Origin: Minisyncoccota bacterium
GTDB lineage: Bacteria > Patescibacteriota > Minisyncoccia > Moranbacterales > UBA2206
Direction of reading: 5' to 3'
NCBI GenBank assembly: GCA_031291955.1
Contig: JARLIA010000014.1
Location: 666-64,665, forward strand
Length of the DNA stretch: 64,000 nucleotides
In this document: one piece after another, positions 37,357-46,099 of the stretch
How positions within the stretch are numbered: the stretch's first letter is position 1
Layout: each line of letters begins with the position of its first letter
Notes under the pieces: model-generated
Database searches by the model: none
Seen by the model: only the letters and a program-made list of their open reading frames with translations
What the model was told of the DNA's origin: nothing
Translations under genes and position numbers: made by a program

Positions 37357-37998
37357 TTATTTGTTTATTTTAGAAAGATTTAGAATTACCTTGCCTTGAA
37401 ATTGAACTTCGCCGGGAATAATTATCATTTTTTCATAAGCCGGATTTTCCGGTTGCAAATATCTTTTTCCGCCATCAGCGACAAAGCGCTTTACAGTCGT
37501 GCCCGCATCCGTTCGCGCAATCACAATATCACCGCTTTTATATTCTTTTGATTCTTTGATAAGCAGACTATCACCATCATCGATTCCGGCATTAATCATA
37601 GAATCTCCAGAAATTTGAATAACAAAAACTCTATCTTTTGATTCATTTATTTTTTCATTTTTTAAAACTTTTTCAGATATTGGGAAAAAGGTGAATGCAT
37701 TAGCAAAAGAATCGAGATATGATCCGCCGGCGCTAACGCCAGCCATTTTAATCAAAGGATCTCTTCCAATTTCCTTATAACCCAAAGGCAAAATTCTTAT
37801 CCCTCTCGCCTGACCATCTTCTCTTTTTATATATTCCTTTCTTTCAAGCGTATCTAAAAAGTTTATAACCGACTGGTTCGAAGATACGCCCAGCTCTTCC
37901 TTAAAATCAGAAATAGACGGCGGAAAGCCGGAACTTTCCAAAAATGTGTAAATAAATTCTAAAACTTTTTTTTGTTTTGGGGTAAGTTTAAAACTCAT
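37357..37998 (-). CDS. lexA: LexA-type repressor (winged-helix plus S24 peptidase)
   Basis: A LexA-like N-terminal HTH is followed by a C-terminal S24 domain with ISGDSM (Ser) and TTVKRF (Lys). Its stop is 1 nt from the RM start codon. Confidence 0.8.
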   Translation of the reverse strand: MSFKLTPKQKKVLEFIYTFLESSGFPPSISDFKEELGVSSNQSVINFLDTLERKEYIKREDGQARGIRILPLGYKEIGRDPLIKMAGVSAGGSYLDSFANAFTFFPISEKVLKNEKINESKDRVFVIQISGDSMINAGIDDGDSLLIKESKEYKSGDIVIARTDAGTTVKRFVADGGKRYLQPENPAYEKMIIIPGEVQFQGKVILNLSKINK

Positions 37999-38073
37999 AT
38001 ACCCATTATATATGACTGTTTGTACACGTCAAGTTCTTTACATAAGGCTATTTATTCAAAACTGTTGATAACT

Positions 38074-38345
38074 TTACTTCTCCTCCCCCATCCCATACTT
38101 AAACTTCATCCCCAGATATGTACCGGCGGCGACACCGGCGGCATAGATGATGATCGCGACAAAGCTCCTTTCTTTGTCTAGCTGATCGATGATATTGTAG
38201 ATGACCAGCATTGTCGTGATCGTCACCAGAAATGACATTGAGACGGCCGGAGCGATTTTGTGTTTGGCGATATACCGCCAGTTGAGCGTCAGCAAAAAAT
38301 CCTGGAATATCCCGACAAAAAAATAGATTATAAGATAGTATGCCA
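38074..38345 (-). CDS. Small 3-TM membrane protein
   Basis: It is hydrophobic, and its ATG lies 2 nt after the upstream small ORF. Confidence 0.4.
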
Positions 38346-38347
38346 TA

Positions 38348-38524
38348 TTATTTTTTCCAATCCTCAATAACCAACTTGCTCCCCGATTTCTTCACCACCA
38401 CCTTCTGCTTCTCCCGCCATTTTAGTTCGCGGACGAGTTCGATCGGAATCGTGACGGCGATGGAACGCTGGCCGACTTTGGTCAGTTTCCGGATGTTTTT
38501 GTCTTCCAATTTTCTTGTGGGCAT
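38348..38524 (-). CDS. AbrB/MazE/SpoVT-type small DNA-binding protein (58 aa)
   Basis: The translation is MPTRKLEDKNIRKLTKVGQRSIAVTIPIELVRELKW..., which has the swapped-hairpin AbrB fold signature. It falls below the ORF-track cutoff. Confidence 0.4.
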   Translation of the reverse strand: MPTRKLEDKNIRKLTKVGQRSIAVTIPIELVRELKWREKQKVVVKKSGSKLVIEDWKK

Positions 38525-38540
38525 TTTTTTGTTTTAAAAA

Positions 38541-38575
38541 TTATGTACGTAATGTATTACGTAATCTATTACTTA
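38541..38575 (-). promoter_or_regulatory. TTACGTAAT-ACA-TTACGTACATAA element upstream of the AbrB-like gene
   Basis: This is the fourth copy of the palindromic octamer pair. Confidence 0.4.
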
Positions 38576-38727
38576 CATCCTCAGTCTACGCCCAAAATGT
38601 CCCCCTGGCAATAAAAAATGGACTGGCAGATGGAGATCGATTTCAAATAATAAACATAAAAAAAGCTACCGGACCCGTCCGGTAGCTGTCAAAATCAAGG
38701 AAAGCGTTCCTGATCAAAACAAAAAAA

Positions 38728-39864
38728 TTACTCGCGGTCGTCCGTTTCGAGCGCGTCCCTGAGCGTTATCATGAGCTCGCCCGCTATCGGCGTGGCCACG
38801 GAAACATCGTGCATTTTCCCGCCCGTCCGCTTTTCTTCGCCGCGCGGAACGGTGTCGCAAACGATCACTTGCGTGAAAGGATTGTCGGCGCCGAAAAGCT
38901 TGCGCCGCCAGGGATCCGTGCAGACAGCGTGGGAAAAAACCATAAAAATCTTCTCAGCTCCGTACTTTTTCAGTTGCGTCGCCTGAATATAGGCCGTCCC
39001 GCCGCTGTCAATTTCGTCCTCGACGATTATAATCGTCGAATCGCGCACCTGATCAGAAGTGGCATATTCCAGATCGGCAAAGGAATCAAACTGCTTCTTT
39101 ATTTCTGCGATCTTTTCCTGATTCGCCTCGATCGCCTTAGTTTCATTGTTGAAGCCGCGATTCTTGAGACTGAAAAACACTCCAATCTCAAGCCGCTTCG
39201 CCAGTTCAATGGCTCGGCTGATCGATCCCTGGTCAGGAGCGTATACTTTAACCTTCTTCCCCTTGTCCGGTTCGGGCAGAAGCGGACGGAGCCGGTTGGA
39301 AAATAAGTCCCCCAGATTGGCGCATCGACACGCGATGCCAGCTTTTTGGAAATTGATGATGGTTTGCTCGGAATGCGGCGTAACCATAATGACGTGGCTG
39401 ATGCCGCTCGCCTTCATCTGTTCCACCAGCCATTTGTTCCGCCAGATTTCATCCAGACAATCCTCATGATCCTGGCGGCGGTAATGCATGAAAAACAAAA
39501 CCACGACAATCTGCCGGGCGCCATATTGATGCTTGGCCGCCCAACACAGCTGGAGGAAACGCAACATCACGCTTTCTTCTTTCAAACATTCGAAGAAGAC
39601 GAGGGTCTTCCCCTCGATTTCCTTGTAATTAGGAAAGCGGTCTTCAAGTTCACCGTCCCCCCAGCGGCCGTAATGAAGGTGGCTGAAGTCCGGCCGGTGA
39701 CCAAGATACTCCTGCAGTTCGTTCATGATGCTTTTAGACAATCCAGGGTTTCCCAACCCCTTGAAAAAAAGCACCTGCTCCCACAATTTTCTGGTTTCCA
39801 TGTGCATTTCCCCTTTCCTTGTCTGATGGATGCCTATGCAGATGTCAATATTATTGACTAACAA
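38728..39864 (-). CDS. prs: Ribose-phosphate pyrophosphokinase (PRPP synthetase) family, divergent
   Basis: The PRPP loop IIVEDEIDSGGT is present. N-terminal domain blocks VVVLFFMHYRRQDHED and HVIMVTPHSEQ are also present. The real start is probably METRK at about 39795, preceded by AAGGAAAGGGG. Confidence 0.65.
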   Translation of the reverse strand: MLVNNIDICIGIHQTRKGEMHMETRKLWEQVLFFKGLGNPGLSKSIMNELQEYLGHRPDFSHLHYGRWGDGELEDRFPNYKEIEGKTLVFFECLKEESVMLRFLQLCWAAKHQYGARQIVVVLFFMHYRRQDHEDCLDEIWRNKWLVEQMKASGISHVIMVTPHSEQTIINFQKAGIACRCANLGDLFSNRLRPLLPEPDKGKKVKVYAPDQGSISRAIELAKRLEIGVFFSLKNRGFNNETKAIEANQEKIAEIKKQFDSFADLEYATSDQVRDSTIIIVEDEIDSGGTAYIQATQLKKYGAEKIFMVFSHAVCTDPWRRKLFGADNPFTQVIVCDTVPRGEEKRTGGKMHDVSVATPIAGELMITLRDALETDDRE

Positions 39865-40187
39865 AGGACTGTTGTCTTCCTATCTATCGTTTCATTTCTC
39901 AAACAGTCTGTCAATCATCCTTAGCACGCTTCCGACCGACGCCAAAAATGCCTCCTTTGCAAAAAAATTGCTAGCCCGATTGTGGACTGGCGGTTTTGAC
40001 AATCATCTGAAACTCCTCCGGATTCTGATGACACGGGTCCATCGGAAACCGAATCGATAAATCCGCTCCCAACAAAAAAGGCGATTCCTCCCAGCGCACC
40101 GCTTTCCAGGGCTCAGCCACAACATAAGAACCTCCTTCTCTTTGTCTTGCAATTCAATGCCACCCCCTCCTGTTATTTTAAACCAGT

Positions 40188-40772
40188 CTACTTCGGCGAT
40201 TCTTTGAAGGCTTCCTGCTCGTTGAATTTCTGCTTCCATTCTTCCGGACTGCCATAATCGGCGAAATCCTTGTACCAATCATGATAGACTTTCGGTTTGT
40301 TGGCGGCTTTGATGGGACACCAATATCTTTCCGTCCGAGCGGCGATTTCCATGGCATAGGCGAAAAAGCCGTTGGCGTAACTGCAATAGAGACAATTCAC
40401 TTTTTGGACTATGTTGAGATAATCCAAAAAACGCCGGTCATAAACGACGTAGTCGCTCCGTTTCACTTTCGGGATGCCATAGAGCGGAAAAGCCACCGCG
40501 TGATAGAGCGTGATAAAAATATCCAAAATGAAAATCGGGAAAATCATGACATAGATAAATGGCAGGGAAATGAGATGGCGGATATTTTTTGAGCAAACAT
40601 ATTTCCAAGCCGGCACGCGGAATTTCTGGTTTCGCGCCTTGATTTTTTCCAAAAAAACAATCCCCTTCTCTCGCACCGAAAAACCATATTTTTCAGCCAG
40701 GCGCTGATGTTCCTTTTTCAGCTTTTCGTTCAGTTGGTCGATCTTCTCGATAATTTCTTTTATTTTATCCAT
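40188..40772 (-). CDS. Hypothetical membrane protein with C-terminal Cys cluster
   Basis: A coiled-coil N-terminus is followed by 2 TMs and the cluster CLYCSY...CPIK. Confidence 0.4.
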   Translation of the reverse strand: MDKIKEIIEKIDQLNEKLKKEHQRLAEKYGFSVREKGIVFLEKIKARNQKFRVPAWKYVCSKNIRHLISLPFIYVMIFPIFILDIFITLYHAVAFPLYGIPKVKRSDYVVYDRRFLDYLNIVQKVNCLYCSYANGFFAYAMEIAARTERYWCPIKAANKPKVYHDWYKDFADYGSPEEWKQKFNEQEAFKESPK

Positions 40773-40922
40773 ATTGGTTTTTTCGTTTATTCCAGCTATT
40801 TGTTCAGACGCATTCTTTTATTATACCGGGTTTTGGGAAATAAAAAAACAGTGTTTTATCACTGCCTTAATTTTTTCTCCCAATTTTTTGCGGCTATCTC
40901 CCGGAGTCCACGCATACGGAAG

Positions 40923-42593
40923 TCAGTTTTTCAAGATGTAGATCGTTTGATTGAAAAATTTCCGATCGGACAAAATCCGGCGGTTGCCGATAGCGCCGGG
41001 AATCGAATGAGAGCCGCTGTCGGCCACGTAATAAAGCGGCGTGCCTGGCGTGAGCCGGGAGCTGTCGGCATTTTCCACCATGGACATATCCAGCCCTTTC
41101 CGACGGACGAGATAGGCCGCGGGATCAAAATAGCGCACGAGCAGATTGCTTTGCCCGGCGAAATAACCCCGGGCAGTGTTTTTCGGTACGGTTTCCAAAA
41201 TATAGTTACTCATCGCCTCATCCTGGGAGAGCGTGCTGTTCGAATAATTATTCTGAAAACCTCGGACATAGCTGACCGCCGTTACCCCGTCGACCGTCAA
41301 AGAACAAATCGCAATCGCACCGATCACCGCCCCGGCCGCCAACATTCCCCTTCGGTCAAATCTTTTCTCGACCGCTTCCATGAGCAGGCCCAAAAACACC
41401 AAAGGCACAAAAAACATGACGGAATAGTATGACACGTGGATCATACCGGAGACACTCATGAGAATTATGATGGTCGCCAGATTGAAAAGCATGACCAGCG
41501 CCAAAAAATTTTTCCTTCGAACTTCCATTCCCCCGACAAGATTGCGGATCAAAAAATAATAACCGGAAAGCGTTAATAGCGCGTAGGCAATCAGGATTAG
41601 AAAATAAGACTTGTCAGTGTTCCAACCGTACTCGGCAGCTCTCAAAACATCGCCGCATTGATAATCGCCGCCGATGGAAGTTAGGAAATAACCATCGGCT
41701 TCGATCTGGCAGGCGGAGATAAGCGCCAAACTTTCTCCATAATTATTCTTCGCGTTGCTGTGATCATGGAGTCCTTGAAAAAAATAGCGGGTGTTTTGAA
41801 AATTGGTGTGAAGTTCCGACACGATCTGCGCTGTATTAAGGAGAGCAGCCAAAACCATGACAATAGCCAGGCTTTTCCAAATTCCCCGGCCGCCGACTCG
41901 CCAAAAATAGGCCAACACCGAAAGACCGACAATGGGCATGACCACCAAGGAAATAGTGTGCATCTGAACGCCCAGGCCAAGAGAAAAACCCAGAAGAGCG
42001 CTCCAGCCGGGATGGAATTTTTTTGGGTCGTTCAAAATTTTGAGCAGTCCCCACAGGAATAGAATGACAAAAAGCGGCACCAGGTTGGGGTTGGAAGAAA
42101 AACGGGAAGCGTTGATCATGAAATAGGAAACGCTCATGACTCCGGTGAGCGCCAAAGAAATTTTTTCAGAGAAGTTTTCGCGCAGAAAAAAGAAAGTGAA
42201 GGGAATGGCCAAAATGCCCGCCAGAAGACTGGGATAGGCCATTCTGTCGGGATAATTTCCAAAAATCTTGACACTGGCAAATGAAAGATAGTAATAAGCC
42301 GGACCGAGATGGAAATTCGTTTCATTGGCCGCCGGCCCCAAAAGCGACAGCGGGGCCTTGCCCTCCAGCGCGTCGCTGATAATGGTAGCATCTCGCGGCT
42401 GATCCTCGGAAAAACGCATCCAATCGCGGAAATTATAGGTGCGGAGAAAAATGCCCGCCAGAAAAATCACGGCCAGGATCATCAGCGTCCTTTTGTTTTC
42501 TTTTAAATATGCGCTTGCGTGGAATTTCATAAAATTTATTATATCATTTATGACGAGGCACGCCCACCTTGGCTCTTGGGACAAGGAAGTCAA
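40923..42593 (-). CDS. GT39/ArnT-like polytopic glycosyltransferase (dolichyl-phosphate-mannose protein mannosyltransferase family)
   Basis: It has about 12 TMs and an N-terminal DE-containing loop. It is 556 aa long. Confidence 0.6.
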   Translation of the reverse strand: MTSLSQEPRWACLVINDIINFMKFHASAYLKENKRTLMILAVIFLAGIFLRTYNFRDWMRFSEDQPRDATIISDALEGKAPLSLLGPAANETNFHLGPAYYYLSFASVKIFGNYPDRMAYPSLLAGILAIPFTFFFLRENFSEKISLALTGVMSVSYFMINASRFSSNPNLVPLFVILFLWGLLKILNDPKKFHPGWSALLGFSLGLGVQMHTISLVVMPIVGLSVLAYFWRVGGRGIWKSLAIVMVLAALLNTAQIVSELHTNFQNTRYFFQGLHDHSNAKNNYGESLALISACQIEADGYFLTSIGGDYQCGDVLRAAEYGWNTDKSYFLILIAYALLTLSGYYFLIRNLVGGMEVRRKNFLALVMLFNLATIIILMSVSGMIHVSYYSVMFFVPLVFLGLLMEAVEKRFDRRGMLAAGAVIGAIAICSLTVDGVTAVSYVRGFQNNYSNSTLSQDEAMSNYILETVPKNTARGYFAGQSNLLVRYFDPAAYLVRRKGLDMSMVENADSSRLTPGTPLYYVADSGSHSIPGAIGNRRILSDRKFFNQTIYILKN

Positions 42594-42743
42594 TGAAAGT
42601 TATTCGCTGTTTTAAAAACAAAAAAACCGCCATTTCTATTATTGAGGAAATTTAAACATCACTTATCCATGCGTCCACTTTAAAAGGAGTCTGTCAATTT
42701 TGACAAACCCCTTTTTTCGCGTCAAAGCGCGTTGTGCTTTTTC

Positions 42744-42950
42744 AGAAAAACCAGCGAGACAATTCCAAGCATTAGGAATATCGCGCCAGAAAAAAGAAGC
42801 GCGAAGCGTAAAGAACAGACATCGGCTGTCCACCCGACCAGCGGCCCAACAATAGAAAAAATGATTCTAACCGCCAAGTTTTTCACCGAAAGGACTGTCG
42901 CCCGATTTTCCGACGGGATGAGTCCGTTGATGTAGTCCAGCGTTATCGGA
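42744..42950 (-). pseudogene. Orphan 3' fragment resembling the C-terminus of an MFS transporter, with no start codon
   Basis: The frame opens right after a TGA. It encodes ...NGLIPSENRATVLSVKNLAVRIIFSIVGPLVGW...FLMLGIVSLVFL, which is a typical MFS TM12 region. Confidence 0.35.
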
Positions 42951-42954
42951 TTGT

Positions 42955-43182
42955 TTATCCCGCGCGCCGCTCAATCAGGTTAAGCTCCAGCATCTTCTCC
43001 AAATCTCTGGAAATGGTGATTCTGGTAACTTCTCCGATGCTCTTTTGGATATGCTCAAATATCTGCCCAATTGAGGCAGTTTTATTGGTTTCGATAAAGA
43101 CCAAAATAGCGTCTTGCCTTTTGTTCAGTTTATTATTGATTGCCATATTTTTTATACCATTTATATGCTCTAATTGTATCAT
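42955..43182 (-). CDS. Small winged-helix (DeoR-N-type HTH) DNA-binding protein
   Basis: The segment RQDAILVFIETNKTASIGQIFEHI...ITISRDLEKM is present. Confidence 0.5.
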   Translation of the reverse strand: MIQLEHINGIKNMAINNKLNKRQDAILVFIETNKTASIGQIFEHIQKSIGEVTRITISRDLEKMLELNLIERRAG

Positions 43183-43198
43183 TTATGATATGCAAAGT

Positions 43199-43212
43199 CA
43201 ACATAAATGTTG
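43199..43212. promoter_or_regulatory. CAACAT-AA-ATGTTG palindrome overlapping a TTGACT-17-TACAAT promoter for the HTH gene
   Basis: It is a perfect 6-2-6 inverted repeat. Confidence 0.3.
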
Positions 43213-43312
43213 TTTTATATGTAAAAATGGCTGAAATAGGCGCATTTATCCATTTTGTTCCGGGAAAGCGGAAGTATTTGGATTATTTTGATCGCTACCC
43301 CGAGAATGCAAA

Positions 43313-43345
43313 CAAAAATACCCATCAATCGGGTATCTGTATTTT
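43313..43345. terminator. Terminator hairpin
   Basis: The sequence is aaaaataccc-atcaatc-gggtat-ctgtatttttt. Confidence 0.4.
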
Positions 43346-43554
43346 TTGCTTTATATCTAAGATTAATTTTGACTTATTTTCGCTGTAAAAGAAAGAAATT
43401 GATGGCAAGAAGAGCCATCAGACTAATATAGGAAGCCTTCTGAACAAGATTGCCTCTGAATCCCTCATCAATTCCGTTATATGTAATCCAAAGAATAAAA
43501 ATGACGTTTCCCAAGAGTGCTAAAAGGCGAAGTATTTTCAGCATAGTTTATTTT

Positions 43555-43839
43555 TTATAATCCAAAACAAAAATGGCCCAAACAAGCCCAGGGCAAATCT
43601 CCATCCAGATACCATTTGTTTTGATACTTCACGATTTTGATAGTTTCTCCTGTTGCGGTCTTGCAGGTGCCGTAATTTTCAGTTTTTTCAAGAAGTTGGA
43701 CACAGCCTCTGAAAGCATAATAATTTTCAAATGTGCTGTGGGCTTTTTTCAAAGTATACAACTGATAAATTCCGAAAATAGTAACCGATACCATTATCAG
43801 AATTATAAATATTGTAATTTTTTTGTTAATTATAGCCAT
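43555..43839 (-). CDS. Small N-terminally anchored hypothetical protein
   Basis: One TM is followed by a Cys-containing domain. Confidence 0.3.
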   Translation of the reverse strand: MAIINKKITIFIILIMVSVTIFGIYQLYTLKKAHSTFENYYAFRGCVQLLEKTENYGTCKTATGETIKIVKYQNKWYLDGDLPWACLGHFCFGL

Positions 43840-43984
43840 AATAAGTTCTTGATTATTTGTGCCCCAAATATATCACAAACTACCGCTAAACAACAGTGGA
43901 GTAACGACAACCAAAAAATGCAGAAAAACTCACCCTTGAAACGAAACGTTTCCAGGGAGATATTGATTTTAGAGCACACAAAAG

Positions 43985-44036
43985 CACCCGAAAGGGTGCC
44001 CTGTTATAAAGTATCACAGTCTTTTGCGATTAGTCC
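43985..44036. repeat. Hairpin plus a 30-nt direct repeat (copy 1)
   Basis: The sequence is gcaccc-gaaa-gggtgc followed by ataaagtatcacagtcttttgcgattagtcc. Confidence 0.5.
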
Positions 44037-44044
44037 GAAAATTT

Positions 44045-44557
44045 CTAAGTCTCATTTCTATAGTGTATCGTTTCAATACTCGGACTTTCCTGATTATGCA
44101 TTCCATATACTAAAAAGTATAAATTTGATATTCCAGGTAGTATAATAGCAAGTATAATTAGACCTTTAGGAAGCTTGTAGTGGTATATCAGATAACCTCC
44201 CAAAACAAGCTGAATTAGCCAGAATAAATAACGCACACCTAAATCTTGATGAAATAGCATACCCAAACTGATTGCTGGAATAAAAGTAATCCAAAGCCAT
44301 ATCAACGTACCCTCAGAAAGAGATTTGAGAAATATTCTGTTATTCTTGAACCCTAAAAAACCTAAAAATGTAAATAAACCCAAGAAAATCAGATTCAAAA
44401 TAATCACAACTGAGAAAAGCACTATCCAATACAAAGATGTTCCAATATCATTCCGACCTTTAGAAATTGATATGGCATTAACCCCTATTACTTCAATAAC
44501 CACTAAAAATAATAAGGCAAGAGTATATGCGATTAAAATTCTTCTAAATTTATTCAT
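44045..44557 (-). CDS. Hypothetical polytopic membrane protein
   Basis: It has 5 TMs and is flanked by the direct repeats. Confidence 0.4.
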   Translation of the reverse strand: MNKFRRILIAYTLALLFLVVIEVIGVNAISISKGRNDIGTSLYWIVLFSVVIILNLIFLGLFTFLGFLGFKNNRIFLKSLSEGTLIWLWITFIPAISLGMLFHQDLGVRYLFWLIQLVLGGYLIYHYKLPKGLIILAIILPGISNLYFLVYGMHNQESPSIETIHYRNET

Positions 44558-44635
44558 TTTTTTATTTTATTTTTACCCATTTCAAATATACCACAAATTG
44601 CTGCTTTCTGAAAGCCGAGTATCCCAAAAACGCAA

Positions 44636-44692
44636 AAAACACCATTCAAGGTGTTTTCATTTTATAAGTATCACAGTCTTTTGCGATTAGTC
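44636..44692. repeat. Hairpin plus the 30-nt direct repeat (copy 2)
   Basis: The sequence is aacacc-attcaa-ggtgtt followed by ataagtatcacagtcttttgcgattagtcc. Confidence 0.5.
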
Positions 44693-45002
44693 CAAGAGTC
44701 TACCAGTGTGTGTACAAACACACCTACCGATTTTTTGGCTCGGCTAAGCCTAGCTGTTTGCTACCGAAGTAGCATCGACCAGCGAGATAACATTCACACT
44801 CCTCAACATCTAACTTGCATTAGTATGTCTTAACGAGTAGTGCTCTCGAATGTTACCAAAATCTCCCTAGAAAGGAGGTGATCCATCCACAGCTTCCGCT
44901 ACGGATGCCTTGTTACGACTTCACCCTTATCATCGATCCCACCCTGGTCCCTGCTTTGAGACAGGGCCTTCCGGTGTTACCGACTCTCTTGGTGTGACGG
45001 GC

Positions 45003-45865
45003 GATTATCTTCGTGAAACTACAAATTGATGTTCCCATCGTGCCTGCGGATTTCCCGCACACGACGAGCTCTAATGCATTTTTTGCTTAAGGATGTAGAT
45101 TTTCCTTAAACCTGATTCTTTCAAATGATCTTTTTTCATGACCATTTCAAGAATCCGGCAAAAAATTTCAAAGTCACCGTTCTTTGAGCGTAATCTCAAA
45201 GAATTACTTTTGAAAAATGGAATGATAATTTTTTCCAGATCGTTTCGATTAGCTACTTCAAAGCGATAACAATCTTGATGATTGGCCCGTTTATCTTTTT
45301 GAAAATAAACGTTGCCGCAACCGAAGAATTTCTTGAGTTCATAGAGGATTTCTTTATCTTTCTCTATGAGCTTCAAGAAAAATCTTGGCTCAACCTTTGT
45401 TCGCCGCTGAACTTTTTTCTTTGAATCAGGATCTTTCACGTAAGCCGTAAAGCTTCCCTCTCCATCGACTAAGCCAACGATATAATCTGGATTCAATTCC
45501 ATATGCATTGAGTGAATCCTTCCTCGCCGATGAGGCGAGTACTACGATTCAGCTGACTTCTTACGCTGCGTAAGTTTCATTATATGATCATATTATAACA
45601 CATAATCATAACAACGTAAGATCTCCCGGGGTCATTTAAGTTTCCGTTCCTGGCATTCCGATTGGCGTTTTTGCTTGCATTTTCCCCACGCTCACCACCT
45701 GTCCATGGGTCAATGCCGCCTTTTTCGTATCGGACTGCCATTTGCCTCCAGATCCTTCGCCGTGTTTCTCGCGAAACACGACTATCTTTCGGCTACGCTC
45801 TGATTGGGTTTCAGAGGAGAAGATTCTAACTTCTTGGAAATTTAAACTGCCCGGCGCTTTTATTG
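45003..45865 (-). mobile_element. Group-I-type intron in 16S, inserted near E. coli position 1400
   Basis: Exon sequence breaks between CTTGTACTCAC and CGCCCGTCACACC. The intron contains an in-frame LAGLIDADG ORF. Confidence 0.7.
45071..45508 (-). CDS. LAGLIDADG homing endonuclease (intron-encoded)
   Basis: The LVDGEGSF LAGLIDADG motif is present. The protein is 145 aa and runs in the sense orientation of the rRNA. Confidence 0.8.
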   Translation of the reverse strand: MHMELNPDYIVGLVDGEGSFTAYVKDPDSKKKVQRRTKVEPRFFLKLIEKDKEILYELKKFFGCGNVYFQKDKRANHQDCYRFEVANRNDLEKIIIPFFKSNSLRLRSKNGDFEIFCRILEMVMKKDHLKESGLRKIYILKQKMH

Positions 45866-46008
45866 TGAGTACAAGATCCGAGAACGTATTCACCGCGCCA
45901 TGGCTGATGCGCGATTACTAGTGATTCCAGCTTCATGAGGTCGAGTTGCAGACCTCAATCCGAACTGAGACCGGTTTTTTGGGATTAGCTCCGTCTTGCG
46001 ACTTGGCA

Positions 46009-46040
<32 letters not shown>

Positions 46041-46099
46041 AGCCCAGGGCGTCAAAGGGCCACGCTGATCTGACGTCATCCCCGCCTTCCTCCCAGAAC

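Noticed and set aside
37999-38073. A canonical LexA box upstream of lexA.
   Set aside because: I found only a TTGACG-16-TATAAT promoter and a TGTACA hexamer. There is no clear CTGT-N8-ACAG or CGAAC-N4-GTTCG palindrome, and the CPR LexA motif is unknown.
40003-40278. A 91-aa Arg/Trp-rich ORF in the prs upstream region.
   Set aside because: Its composition looks like out-of-frame translation. The region is more likely the prs leader and promoter (TTGACA at about 39850). I could not confirm a riboswitch or ncRNA.
44558-44870. A search for tRNA genes or the 23S start in the spacer after the 16S 3' end.
   Set aside because: I could not find any cloverleaf-compatible segment or LSU 5' sequence by eye. 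I could not run a covariance search, so this remains untested.
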